Shown one piece after another: positions 53,401-64,000 of a stretch of DNA of 64,000 nucleotides. A model generated the notes under the pieces. The model was given only the letters and a program-made list of their open reading frames with translations, did not search any database and had not been told where the DNA came from. The position numbers and the translations under genes are program-made. This DNA comes from Octopus vulgaris. Lineage: Eukaryota. Where the stretch lies: NCBI GenBank assembly GCA_951406725.2, contig OX597818.1:101370001-101434000 (forward strand), written 5' to 3'. Position 1 is the stretch's first letter. The number at the start of each line of letters is the position of its first letter.

Positions 53401-54478
53401 ATTTCGGAATTAGAGATAGACATAGAAGAAACAAGCACAGAAAAAGCTAGGCGCATGAAAACCCGTGCCAAAACTGCGGCCTTAGATATTCTGAATAATA
53501 AATGGCAAGAAAAACCTCTCTCTGGCAAATACCCAAAGAGAGCGAATAATGCAGATAATGACAAAGCCCTGACCCATCAATGGCTAATGGCCTCTAGCTT
53601 TAAATCTGAAACAGAAGGGTTTATCATAGCAGCTCAAGATCAATGCCTACCAACAAGAAACTACCAGGCCAACAATTTAAAGAACGGCAGTAGCCCAACA
53701 TGTCGTGTATGCCGACAACAAAATGAAGCCATTGATCATGTTGTCTCCAAATGCAGTCTTCTAGCGCCTACAGAGTACGTCAGTAGGCATGATAGAGCTG
53801 CACAATATATTCACTGGGTAATTTGCAAAAACCTGGATTTGCCCTATGAAAAAACTGGTGCGAACACAATCCACCTCCAGTGCTTGAAAATGACCACATC
53901 TCAATCCTCTGGAACTTCACCATTCAAACTGACAGGAAGACAGATGCAAATAGGCGAGACATCATATTGATAGACTTCAGACAAAGAACATGCCTCCTCA
54001 TTGATATGACTGCCCCAATCGATATAAACGTATCTGTCAAGACCTACCAAAATCTGAGCAAATATAAAGATCTTAAAATAGTAATCAGCAAAATGTGGAA
54101 ACTGAAGACTAAAACAATACCTGTTGTCATAGGTGCCCTGGGAATGATAGGGAAAGGGACTGATTGCTACCTAACTCAGATACCAGGAAACCCCAAAATG
54201 GCAGAAATTCTAAAGATAGTGTTCATGGGAACTGCTCATATCCTACGCAAAATACTCTCTATGTAATCCCAAGGTTTAAAACAAACTTATATTTATTTAT
54301 TTATTTATCTTTTAATTTTTAAAAAAAAATTTATTTTTATGTATTAGACATTCACTTGTACAACACCAAAAAAACCCCCAAATATATGGCACAGAACTTC
54401 CAACCTGTTGTCTCTTGAGGTCTCTGGGTGAGACATGGAGCCAACTTGTACAGACATAAAGCAAAAGACAAACATAGA
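50460..54478 (+). mobile_element. Near full-length R4/Dong element (second subfamily), disrupted
   Basis: Fragmented single ORF 50590-54266: N-terminal KWSREDNKEVLEAFY, WKSPGKDKIPNFWL, WIDYKKAFDSLPHSWI, HLIYMDDLKLF, CRVC..HVVSKC, RHD, RLE; 3' UTR and (AAT)n tail. Confidence 0.95.
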
Positions 54479-54494
54479 ATAATAATAATAATCA

Positions 54495-54660
54495 TCATAA
54501 TAATAATAGCAACAACATCGTAAAAATACCTTAGGAATGTAAGGTCTTTCCCCAAGACACCTGATAAAGGCTGGAGTGTATACCAGCCGAAACGTTGTGT
54601 TAACAACAATCAATATGAGGACAATTATTCGCCAAATGTAAATGATATGAATAATGTCAA
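54495..54660 (+). mobile_element. Hammerhead module of the composite SINE
   Basis: GACAC CUGAUAA A GGCUGG-agugtata-CCAGCC GAAACGUU GUGUU (54556-54601). All stems pair; one core change (CUGAUAA). Confidence 0.75.
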
Positions 54661-55164
54661 ATTTCTGAACATATGAAACAGAAACAAATGGTATGCAGAA
54701 GAGAGAAACAAAGAGAAAAAGAAATATGTTTACAGGTATTAAACTCATAGTTTTATTGTTCTCGGGGAAAATGGCGTTGTAGAATGTAACTTTCGAGCGT
54801 AGAGATGTAGAACAATTATCCGAAATGATTATATTCGACACTTCAGTGTCCTGGTGTTCGTACAGAACCAAATTATATTTTGCTGAACTCATTTCCGTAG
54901 AAGGAAAAAAAAAATTCATATCGGAATATGTTAAGACAAAAAATAACTTACATCAAAAAGGTGCTTTTTTTTCTATGAAAATCCCTATTTTGTACAAATT
55001 CTTGACTGCTGTTTCGCCATTTATCGATATATTTCAACCAGAAAAATGTTAATTTAAAGAGAATAACAAGTTACCTCGTGCAAAATTTTTACACTTCAAA
55101 AAAGATTGAAACTATGCCAAACCTTTGTTAACGCGACACCAAAGTCTGCCGTTTTAAGTGCAAC

Positions 55165-55204
55165 TAAGAAACAAACCCGAGCAACGCCTGGCTATACTGC
55201 TAGT
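55165..55204 (-). mobile_element. Helentron/DINE-like terminus
   Basis: Reverse complement ACTAGCAGTATAGCCAGGCGTTGCTCGGGTTTG, similar to the 39277 motif. Confidence 0.45.
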
Positions 55205-55659
55205 ATTATATATAAAAAAGAAATACTCACATTAAGCTGTTATCGCTGTAAGAAAAACAATGAAATTCCAGTATCAAATATAGTTGTATATCACATAATA
55301 ATAATTTTTCTGAAAGTCACATTGCCTGTAATGTTGGGGGAGGGACTAGGCATTTACATCGGCCTCTACTCCTCTGGTAGTTGTGTAATCTACCAAGAGA
55401 GAATAAAAAGTCAAATTCGATCTCTGGGGAATTTTAACCCGAAATGTTAAGACGAATGAAATGTCGTTAATCATTTTGTCCTTCGCAGTAACGATTCAAC
55501 CTGCTCATTGACGTATGTAGCAAATATATCGTAAATGATATGACACTGTACTTACAGTAAGAAAAGCCTATAGTAATGGCAATAATTCTAATGCGAGCGA
55601 GATTAAGAATGATAACATAGCAGTGTCAATGATATTCTAATCCTTTCTACTGTATTTAC

Positions 55660-55812
55660 AATGCCTGAAATTTTGGGAGAGATGTCTTGTCAATTTCATT
55701 GACCCTAATACTATACTGGTACTTATTTGATTAACTTCGAAAGGTTGAATGGAAAGTCGACCACCGTAGAATTTAAACTGAGGTAGTAGAGCCGGACGGA
55801 ATACCGCTAACC
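55660..55812 (-). mobile_element. Degenerate SINE family 2 (other relics at ~55360-55505 minus and ~60745-60850 plus)
   Basis: Reverse complement TTAGCGGTATTCCGTCC..GGTCGACTTTCCATTCAACCTTTCG..AATAAGTACCAG. Confidence 0.6.
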
Positions 55813-56849
55813 TAAAATTATGTTTTGTGAACGAGTAATAGTTCACAAAATCATTGGAGATGATAGAGGGCGATACATGTGGTTTATATAAAGGAGCATG
55901 TAAAAGCAGAGAAGCAACAACTGTAAATTTAAACAATGAATAATTTGCCAAACCAAAACGAGACTTACCATGGGCTATACAAAACAAACCTAGAAAACCG
56001 CGGTGACACCGGCTACTCGGGTAAGTGTCCTTACTTCATACTTATGTTGCAATCCTCGTAACAGGCCCGAACCATCGGACTATATTTTCAACATAGACAC
56101 ACGTTTCAACAAATTTGTAGACGTCACCAGTTCATATTCCATGCTCATTTTCCATTTGAAATGGTAATTGAATACATTCATGAGATCTTGCCAAAATCTG
56201 TCCCTCGTCAGGAGTATCAATCTGGTACATTAGACCCCTTTTTCGACATAAGTCTATAAGGCATCACGAGTACAAACCAGATTTGTCTTTCTGATTACAT
56301 ATCTGGCAAATCCGTTTGACGGTCGGTACGTCTACCAGGGCATTGATTTCTGGAAATTATACATTGACGTTAACCTGAAATTCCACCAGAAGGGACCAGC
56401 TAGCTAGTTCTCGTCGGCGCCCTGGGTCTCCTCCAAAACATTGTCGGCCTTGCCCGCCACTAAACATCTATAAAACATCCAAAATGGAACTTATACTGTC
56501 CGTATTGCCCGACTGTTAGACGACTGTATGCATTTAGTAACGGGCCCCAAACAGCAGTCTAGGCTTGACCCAAAATTGCAAATGAAGTGGAAAAGCTAGG
56601 GAAAAGTGAGTGTAACAAATAGCGAAGGCATACCCGGTCTTCTATTTAGCGTATGTTGACAATAAATATAGATTCCGAGTAGTGAAAGGTGAAATTTCCG
56701 CAGAATTAAGACAAATAGGCAATTCTACCCGTTCAAAATTAGCCAATGGGGACTATTGAGATCAACAAAACAGATTGCAATTTGTGCTATGTGTAGCAGG
56801 TGACGGTAAAAGTGGAAGAATGTACCTATGATATCCTTATTTACTTATC

Positions 56850-57380
56850 TGCAAATTTTTTATTTGCAAACTACTTACGTAGCCCGATGAAGTTGTCCCC
56901 ATCGACGTCGGGACATTCAAGAATTCAAGTCGGTACTTGTCAGAGACTTGAAGAGGTTGACCGAATCTATGCTGCTCTTGCAATTCCTTCCTTATCAGCT
57001 ATCTATACCCAAACGTGCCTAAAAGATGGCATCGTCCCAGGGTATTTTCAGATGTCTGAAGAAAGCCGGCTTCCACACTCACGTCAAAGCATAAACAGGT
57101 ACTAGATTGCTGGAACCCTCTCCGTTACTGCTCAAATCCAGAAATACCAGCCTACCTCTTATGGGCAAGAAATTGATCTGTTCCATGAGATCTATACTTT
57201 CCAACATTCAGCGCCTCTTCCCAATCCCTGCACACATGATGATATGTAGATCTTGTATCTACTGTATACTGGCAGGAAGGCTTGTAAGTGCAAACTGATA
57301 GCTCTCTTGTAGCCATCATATCTATAGGTAGAGATTTGGGGCATTGAGCTTCCAAATCGACCTCGGGTCACGAGTACTGA
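56850..57380 (-). mobile_element. Possible L1/Tx1-clade LINE remnant
   Basis: Minus-strand IWKLNA motif typical of the end of the endonuclease domain; locally higher GC. Weak. Confidence 0.3.
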
Positions 57381-57509
57381 CAAACTTTAATAACAAAATG
57401 GACATACATATTAAGAGAGGAGGAGAGAAGAAATATTTTATTACCGTCTTCGGAGGAGCAGGTGTTCCCTGTCTTTGGCTATATGTGTATCTCCCTTTAG
57501 AACTTATTT

Positions 57510-58481
57510 GGGATCTTTTCTAAAAGAAGGCCAGATTTTTCTAGTTAACTAAATAATTTGAAACTTCGTATACTGGTAGAATGTGTCAAAAGAAAACATT
57601 AATTTCAACTAGTTTTTTTGAGAAAAATGTATTTTATAAGTTTAAACGTAGTTTAAATCTGCGAATTTTAACCAATCGTATTGTCTGTTTTGATCTGAAA
57701 TTATTAGCTGCATACTGTTACTGCGACGTAAACAGCTATTTTGTGAAACTTTTAAACAGCGTGGGTAAGAAGTAAGCAAACCGCTGTGGTAGATGTGGTT
57801 ATCATGGTAGTGGTGGTGGTGGTGGTGTAGTGGTGACAGTGGATGTGTATGATGACAGCAATTATAGTGTTGGTGTTTTGAAGAGGTGGTGGTGGTGGTG
57901 GTAGTGGATGATGATAGTAGTAGTGGCATCGATTAGGTTAGGATGTCTCAGTGGTGGTTGTGAAGATGATTCTGATATTGATAGTCTTTGCATTGGGGTG
58001 GTGGCAGAGTCAGAGTAAATAATAAGAGCCCAGTTAACACAAGATTCTTACATTTCGGAGATCATAAGATAGAGAGCAAGAAGTTAAAACTTCCAATACT
58101 GGCCCAATTCCTACACCCCAGATTCTTCAACTATTTTGTAAGAAAGGGGTTAATGGCAGGATAGGGATTCAGCTTAAAAATAAATTGTATAACAAAATAT
58201 ACGTAAATAAATTACTGTTCCAACAACGTAATTTTAGTATGTGTGTATGTATGTATGTATGTATGTGTGTGTTTGTGTATGTATGCATCAAAACAGTTTT
58301 ATTCAAATTCTGTGGTACTTATATATTCATACATACATATACATGTAGATGTATATAACATATATATATATATTGTATGTAAACGTCTTTTATATATATA
58401 TAATGTATGCATCTATAATACACACACATTATAAATATATACATATATATGCATATGCATTAGAATATGTGTGTCTAGGTG

Positions 58482-58513
<32 letters not shown>

Positions 58514-59086
58514 CATACGGTTGTATACATGTGTGTGTAGCTATTTAGGATCTACACAAATTTTATATATACTCCACGAAGTTTGAAAATGTTTAGTTAG
58601 AAAAAAATATTTTTAAATCTGTAGGTCAAAATGCAAAGATCCGGTATTTAAAATTTTTGTTGCATTTCTAATCTTTCTGATGTCTAAGGATGGATATTTA
58701 TGCGTATGAATCTTTTTCTTTTTATTTTGTTTCAAATATAATTCTAGGAAACTGAAAAATCTGAGTACGATGCCAATCGAATTTAGCTGTTCACGATAAG
58801 CGGATGTTTACTTTTTAGCTATTTAAATGTTTACGTTAAGTACGTCACAAAATAGCTGTTTACGTCACAGTAACAATATTTTGAGATGCAGTAAATGATA
58901 TGAGGTTGAAACAAAGAATACCATTGGTTAAAATTCGAATTGTTAAACAACGTTAAACTTAGAAATTACAATTCCGTTTTCATTTTGATTTACAATTATG
59001 TTTTCTTTTGACACATTCTACCAGTATACGAAGTTTCAAATTGTTTAGTTAACTAGAAAAATCTGGTCCTTTTTAGAAAAGATCCC
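57510..59086. mobile_element. Non-autonomous DNA transposon with ~250-bp TIRs
   Basis: GGGATCTTTTCTAAAAGAAGGCCAGATTTTTCTAGTTAACTAAA.. / ..TTTAGTTAACTAGAAAAATCTGGTCCTTTTTAGAAAAGATCCC; TTATTT directly flanks both ends. Confidence 0.9.
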
Positions 59087-59803
59087 TTATTTACAGATGT
59101 TTTGTTTATGCTCGCATGGGATTCTTTCAATTCCCAGGGATATTCTATTTGCAGTTTGTTGCATGTTACATTCTTAGTTAATATAATCTATATATGTTTA
59201 CGAGTGTTAAGTGTAGGTCGGATGGGTTTATTTAGATAATTTTGCTTATTGATTGCCATCTTTCATTAAGTCTCTGTTTATTGCTATTATTATATCTTCG
59301 GTTTCATCTTTGCCGGATCATGAGCGCAACGCTACTTAATCTCCTCCAATTGTTTTACTGTTCAAGTATGAAGCTTGCAGTGGGTCACATATAATGGCTG
59401 ACGTTGTAGGTAAATGTATGTCTTCGGAGATTCTAGCAAGTTCCGCATTTGTCTCGGGTTTATTGTGAGTAAAAAATTAATTCAGTGCGTCTCTTCTAAA
59501 ATGCATCAAGGTAACGAAATGTACATTTATAGCGAAAAGTACGATTATATACAAATCATTTTAAAAGCTACAAAAGGTATCAGCAAATTGTTGAATCATA
59601 TACTACAATATCATATTTGAATCTCTTGTGGCGGACGTCACCAGGCGAGAAGTGGGATGGTCCACTTCTACTAACTAGTGGACTTACACAGTCAGTAGAG
59701 AAGTCGGTCTATCGATTCGACACGTTAATATTCCTTCTTTGTTTAATTCCTGTAATCAATGACTTATTTCAAATATATAGGAAAAGGTATTGAAATATCT
59801 AAC

Positions 59804-59938
59804 CTGATTTGAATTATCTGCTGCATGTCAAAAGGATCACTAAGTACTTCGTGAAAACATTTGAACGTTTTCCCAATTGTAATATGCTCTGAGTATTTGA
59901 AGTCGTAAATCGGAAAAAATAGTAGAATCTTCATATAC
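59804..59938 (-). CDS. 135-nt exon (phase 2-2) YMKILLFFPIYDFKYSEHITIGKTFKCFHEVLSDPFDMQQIIQI
   Basis: gtttctacag / CAG|gttaga; open frame. Confidence 0.5.
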
Positions 59939-61194
59939 CTGTAGAAACATTATGGAAATTAATATTAATCCTCTTATACAACATTCCTTTTGCATGCCCC
60001 CTCCCCATCGACTAATAATTACAACTGAATAGGCAAAAATCAAGTTTAATCCGATGGGCGAAACTTAAAATTCCCTAGAGAAAACGGGAGACTTTATACG
60101 ATTAATGTTGACTATGAATTGTTTTTGAGAGCGGAAACACAATATAATATGAAGGTGAAAATGTTGGTAACAAAACCGGCAATGATACTCTGTATAACAA
60201 GGCTATATCAAGAATTGAATTAGATCTGCTATAAATATTTAAAGCATTTGCGAAAGTTGTTCTACAATGCCCAAATTGAATTGAATATGTCGACATAGAG
60301 CAGATACGTTGCATTTTATATTTATTCTTACGCCATACATGTTACCAAATATAACGTGAGAAAAATTAAAACAAATATATATGAATGACTTAGTCCAACA
60401 GGTCCTAATGATCTAGAATTCCAAAATTTAGAAGCAATATAAAATGTTGATGATAGTTTAGGATGCCTGGATACTACATATCTTTAAAGCGAAACACTAA
60501 GTGAAGATTGACCAACATGGACTAGCCATTTGATGTTTGATGAGAGAATTAATATTAGAGGAAAAAAATAACAATGTTCAGAATAAATGCATTTTCTTAT
60601 CCATGTTATTGTGTAACCCCTTTGGAAGGAATTGTTTCGCAGAATAAAACATAGTTTCAGATTCAATCAATTCGAAATAGCAGGTGTTTATTCTTTGACA
60701 ACTCAAATTCTATTAATGGAGTTGCTTGGATTTTGCAGTATCTCGTCTACCTTTACGCTCTGACTTGAAATTCCGTCGACATTGAATACGCCTTTCATAC
60801 CTGCCGGTTGCCAGTAAAACACTGGGTTCGATGTAATCGACTTGCCTCCTCTCACACACATTGACAGACACCAAATTTCAAATGAATACATAGATTAATT
60901 AATTCATTCATTCCAAAGACAGGCATTTACATTTTTGTTAGAAATCTGCTCCTTCCTCAAAGGCAGTGTTTAAGAAGCGACAAAAACAACAGAACATATA
61001 TACAAGCATTGCATATAAGAAAAAATATGTGTGTGTATGTATGTATGTTTGTGTATGTGTGCATATATTCCAATATAGATAAGAATACATACTGCAGACA
61101 CAAACACATGCATACATAAACTCACATGCAGTCAGGTAATGATGTCATAAACAATCATCATGTAAATAAAAAATAAAATTAAAACTCCACCTAC

Positions 61195-61290
61195 GGTTCG
61201 TCCCAAAACTTGTCCATGGATTGAATCATTATCGAACGAGTATATAGCAATTTCGCCTTGAAGAGCTTATTGCCGGAACATGTACTCAAA
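61195..61290 (-). CDS. 96-nt exon (phase 2-2) LSTCSGNKLFKAKLLYTRSIMIQSMDKFWDE
   Basis: ttttcctttttaag / gtaggt; open frame. Confidence 0.5.
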
Positions 61291-62144
61291 CTTAAAAAGG
61301 AAAAAAAAAAATAATGTAATGAATATCCTGGAATAATATTATGTATGTTTTTATAGCTTTATTTACAATATGCTTGTGTGTTAAGCAAAGTTTAAGTTTA
61401 AATTGTTTGGAATGTTACATGAGGGAACAAATATGTTTTACAGGCATGTCACAACATTTGATTTCATTCAGAAAATCAAGGTGGTCAGGGTATACTGAAA
61501 CATTGTTCTCACAGAATGGATCTGGTATATGTTTAGCGAGGCTTTCGCAATGCTGACGCATTCAAATTCACGAATGCGACGAACCTATATTCACCAAGAG
61601 AATTATGCTCTACTGCACCATTTTCGTCATCTCTAGTTTTATAAAAAGGGTTCCAAACAATTCCGAAACTTAATATGCAGCACATTTATTTTGCATATAT
61701 GTTGTCAAAAATATTCTCTGTAGAGCTAGAAACACCGTTTCAAGTTACTCATCAGTATGAAGGATGGCCAAATATTAGAAAATATTTGATTGAGACAATG
61801 GATTTGCCATCGTAATAATTATAACATGAGTAGGTTCCTACAAAGTAAACAACTTCTTTCAACATGAAATAAATCCTATTAGTAAATTTTGTCATTGATA
61901 TTTTAAGTATTCTTGCTAAAATAATTATTAAGCGTTCAAATAAAGGTTATGGGAAAAGCATAGTGTTAGTCTCCCTTATATTAATGATTTACATGCTATT
62001 ACATCAACTGCATGAAAGATATAAATTCATACAAATTTTAACGTTCATTTTCTATCCTAATCTGCGTGATATTCAGCATACAACAGTGCAAAAATACCTT
62101 AAATATATTTTGACAATACAAATGGATAATTGATTAAAAGCTAC

Positions 62145-62393
62145 CGACGTAAAAACAAATAGAGTGGTAACAATCTCTCGTCAGGCAAGTACTTCAGCCC
62201 TTTACGTCTTCCAAACTAGTGGGAAAGATCTGCAACTAAATCATGATTCCTGAGTGCGCTACTACTGATATACTCTAGTTTGAAATCGGATATTCGTTCA
62301 TCCCCTGTGCAGTATTTTTCAATCCATCTGGCCTGGCATATTGAGCAATCATGGTTCCCACTTTGCCAGAATAGACAGATATAGGAACCTGCT
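62145..62393 (-). pseudogene. Candidate Cys-rich exon with an in-frame TAG
   Basis: GSYICLFWQSGNHDCSICQARWIEKYCTGDE...DLSH*FGRRKGLKYLPDERLLPLYLFLR|gtagc; weak acceptor. Confidence 0.35.
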
Positions 62394-63024
62394 CTTTACA
62401 AGTAAACCTTAGCTAGGACAACACACATACATGCATACAAATATACGCACACACATAATAGCTACAAGTGTTAAATATAACTGATCCTCATCTAAAAGAC
62501 AACACACTTTTATGCGCTTAGGAAAATTACAACCGTATGCTTAATGTTGTATGGTTTCCACTAGTATTCCTTTCAATGTAAAAATAAATGAATATTATTT
62601 TTTGAACTTTGTTAATGTATAGCTTACATGTAATTAAACACAACACACCTTGCAATCTTCAATAATTATACTGCTTCTTTATGAAAAGGAATCGTTAACT
62701 CTAAAACTCGCATCACTAATGTATATCTGTAATATCGCTTAAATTTTTTAGCCTAGCATTTATGTGCAGTAAGTATGTTGATTCTTACTTTAATATAACT
62801 TCGATTGAGAAATTACAAATTTTTTCTGAGAATAAGTAATCTGTGAAATTTAACATTTACAAACCTATTAAAATTAAACGATGATATGTTCAAGCATATC
62901 TACATAATCTACATATGTCCAACAAATACCTTTGCGTTTTAAAGAAAGAGCTGGGAGAACAAATCTGATGTGACTCTAATCTAGGTGTTTGCATGTATGT
63001 ATATAAAATGAAAATGCAACCTAC

Positions 63025-63096
63025 CTCATGAAGAAGAATTCCCAAGCGTGTTCCCTGCTTTTAAAGTGTACGAAATGATCATCTACACCCGGAAGC
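63025..63096 (-). CDS. 72-nt exon (phase 2-2) LPGVDDHFVHFKSREHAWEFFFM
   Basis: atatcacag / GAG|gtaggt; open frame. Confidence 0.55.
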
Positions 63097-64000
63097 CTGT
63101 GATATAATTAGTATGAGTAGAAATTATGTTAGCTTCGTAGAATTATTAGATATTGTATATATTACCAATTTGATATCAAGAAAAATAAAATAATAATAAA
63201 TGTCAGAGCGAGTTATAAACAGTAGCTACAACACATTGTGACGTACATCTGTCATTTAAATATGGCTAACACCTAAGATTGGATGCTAATGTAGTTTGTA
63301 GCCCCAGGAGGACACCTCCTACAGCTGGCCATAGAGACAATTTCTGTGCCCTATCAGTGTTTGCAAAGGGAAGCCATCCTTCCCGTCTTAAACTTATGAT
63401 ACACACGGACTTGTGTGGATTTTGTAACCGATAATCCAATTTCCGACATTTTAGGAGTAATCATGTTCAATATATCTATACAACTATCAATATTAAATCT
63501 CCAACTTCATATTCAGAGTTATTTTACCTTATCTACGCTTGTGAATATTGAAATTTTTTTTAAATCACAAATATCTTCCCGCATATTGATATCTTGAAGT
63601 TATTTCGTTACCATGATTTTTCGCCAAAACACGCTGACCGTATTTTAAATGGTTTGAAAATGATGCAAAATATAGAAAAAAAGAATAGGAATAGTACATA
63701 TAACCTACATTAACAGGTTATTTTCATGGAAGGATAAATTCTGTAGCACTTTCAAAATGGAGTGGGTATCATAAAACTAAAAACGTTATTTGGAGGCTTT
63801 ATATCAAAAAAGGCATTTCAAATGAAAGAGCTCGGAAAAAATTCATATTGTTTTTATATCCTTTTAATGGTTTCGGCAATAGGGCTGAGGCCATGCTGGA
63901 GCACCAGCCTAATTTTCTATCAGTATTTAACGCCTTATGCTTGGAGGTTATGATTGAGTTGAACATCTCTCTGTGTATCCATGGACGATGGGCTGCCCCG

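Overview
AT-rich, microsatellite-dense eukaryotic DNA. The SINE and LINE families look like those of an octopus/cephalopod genome; this assignment is an inference. Most of the window is repeat. It holds at least six R4/Dong-clade (RT plus restriction-like endonuclease) retrotransposon copies piled into (TAA)n tracts, a ~560-bp non-coding element that also sits in (TAA)n, several tRNA-derived SINE families, CR1 and possible Tx1 remnants, mariner and long-TIR MITEs, and a decayed DNA transposase. The most striking signal is at least four distinct small non-coding repeat families carrying hammerhead-ribozyme (HHR) motifs. They occur as tandem ~490-bp units, as tandem-plus-inverted arrays, at the ends of a ~2-kb spacer-less palindrome, and behind a tRNA-like head, mostly embedded in (TA)n or (AAT)n. 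This is a retrozyme / Penelope-pLTR-like system. A multi-exon minus-strand gene or pseudogene for a single-pass membrane protein can be pieced together from small, mostly phase-2 exons between about 63.1 kb and 27.3 kb. All structures and exon joins were read by eye and none has been computed.
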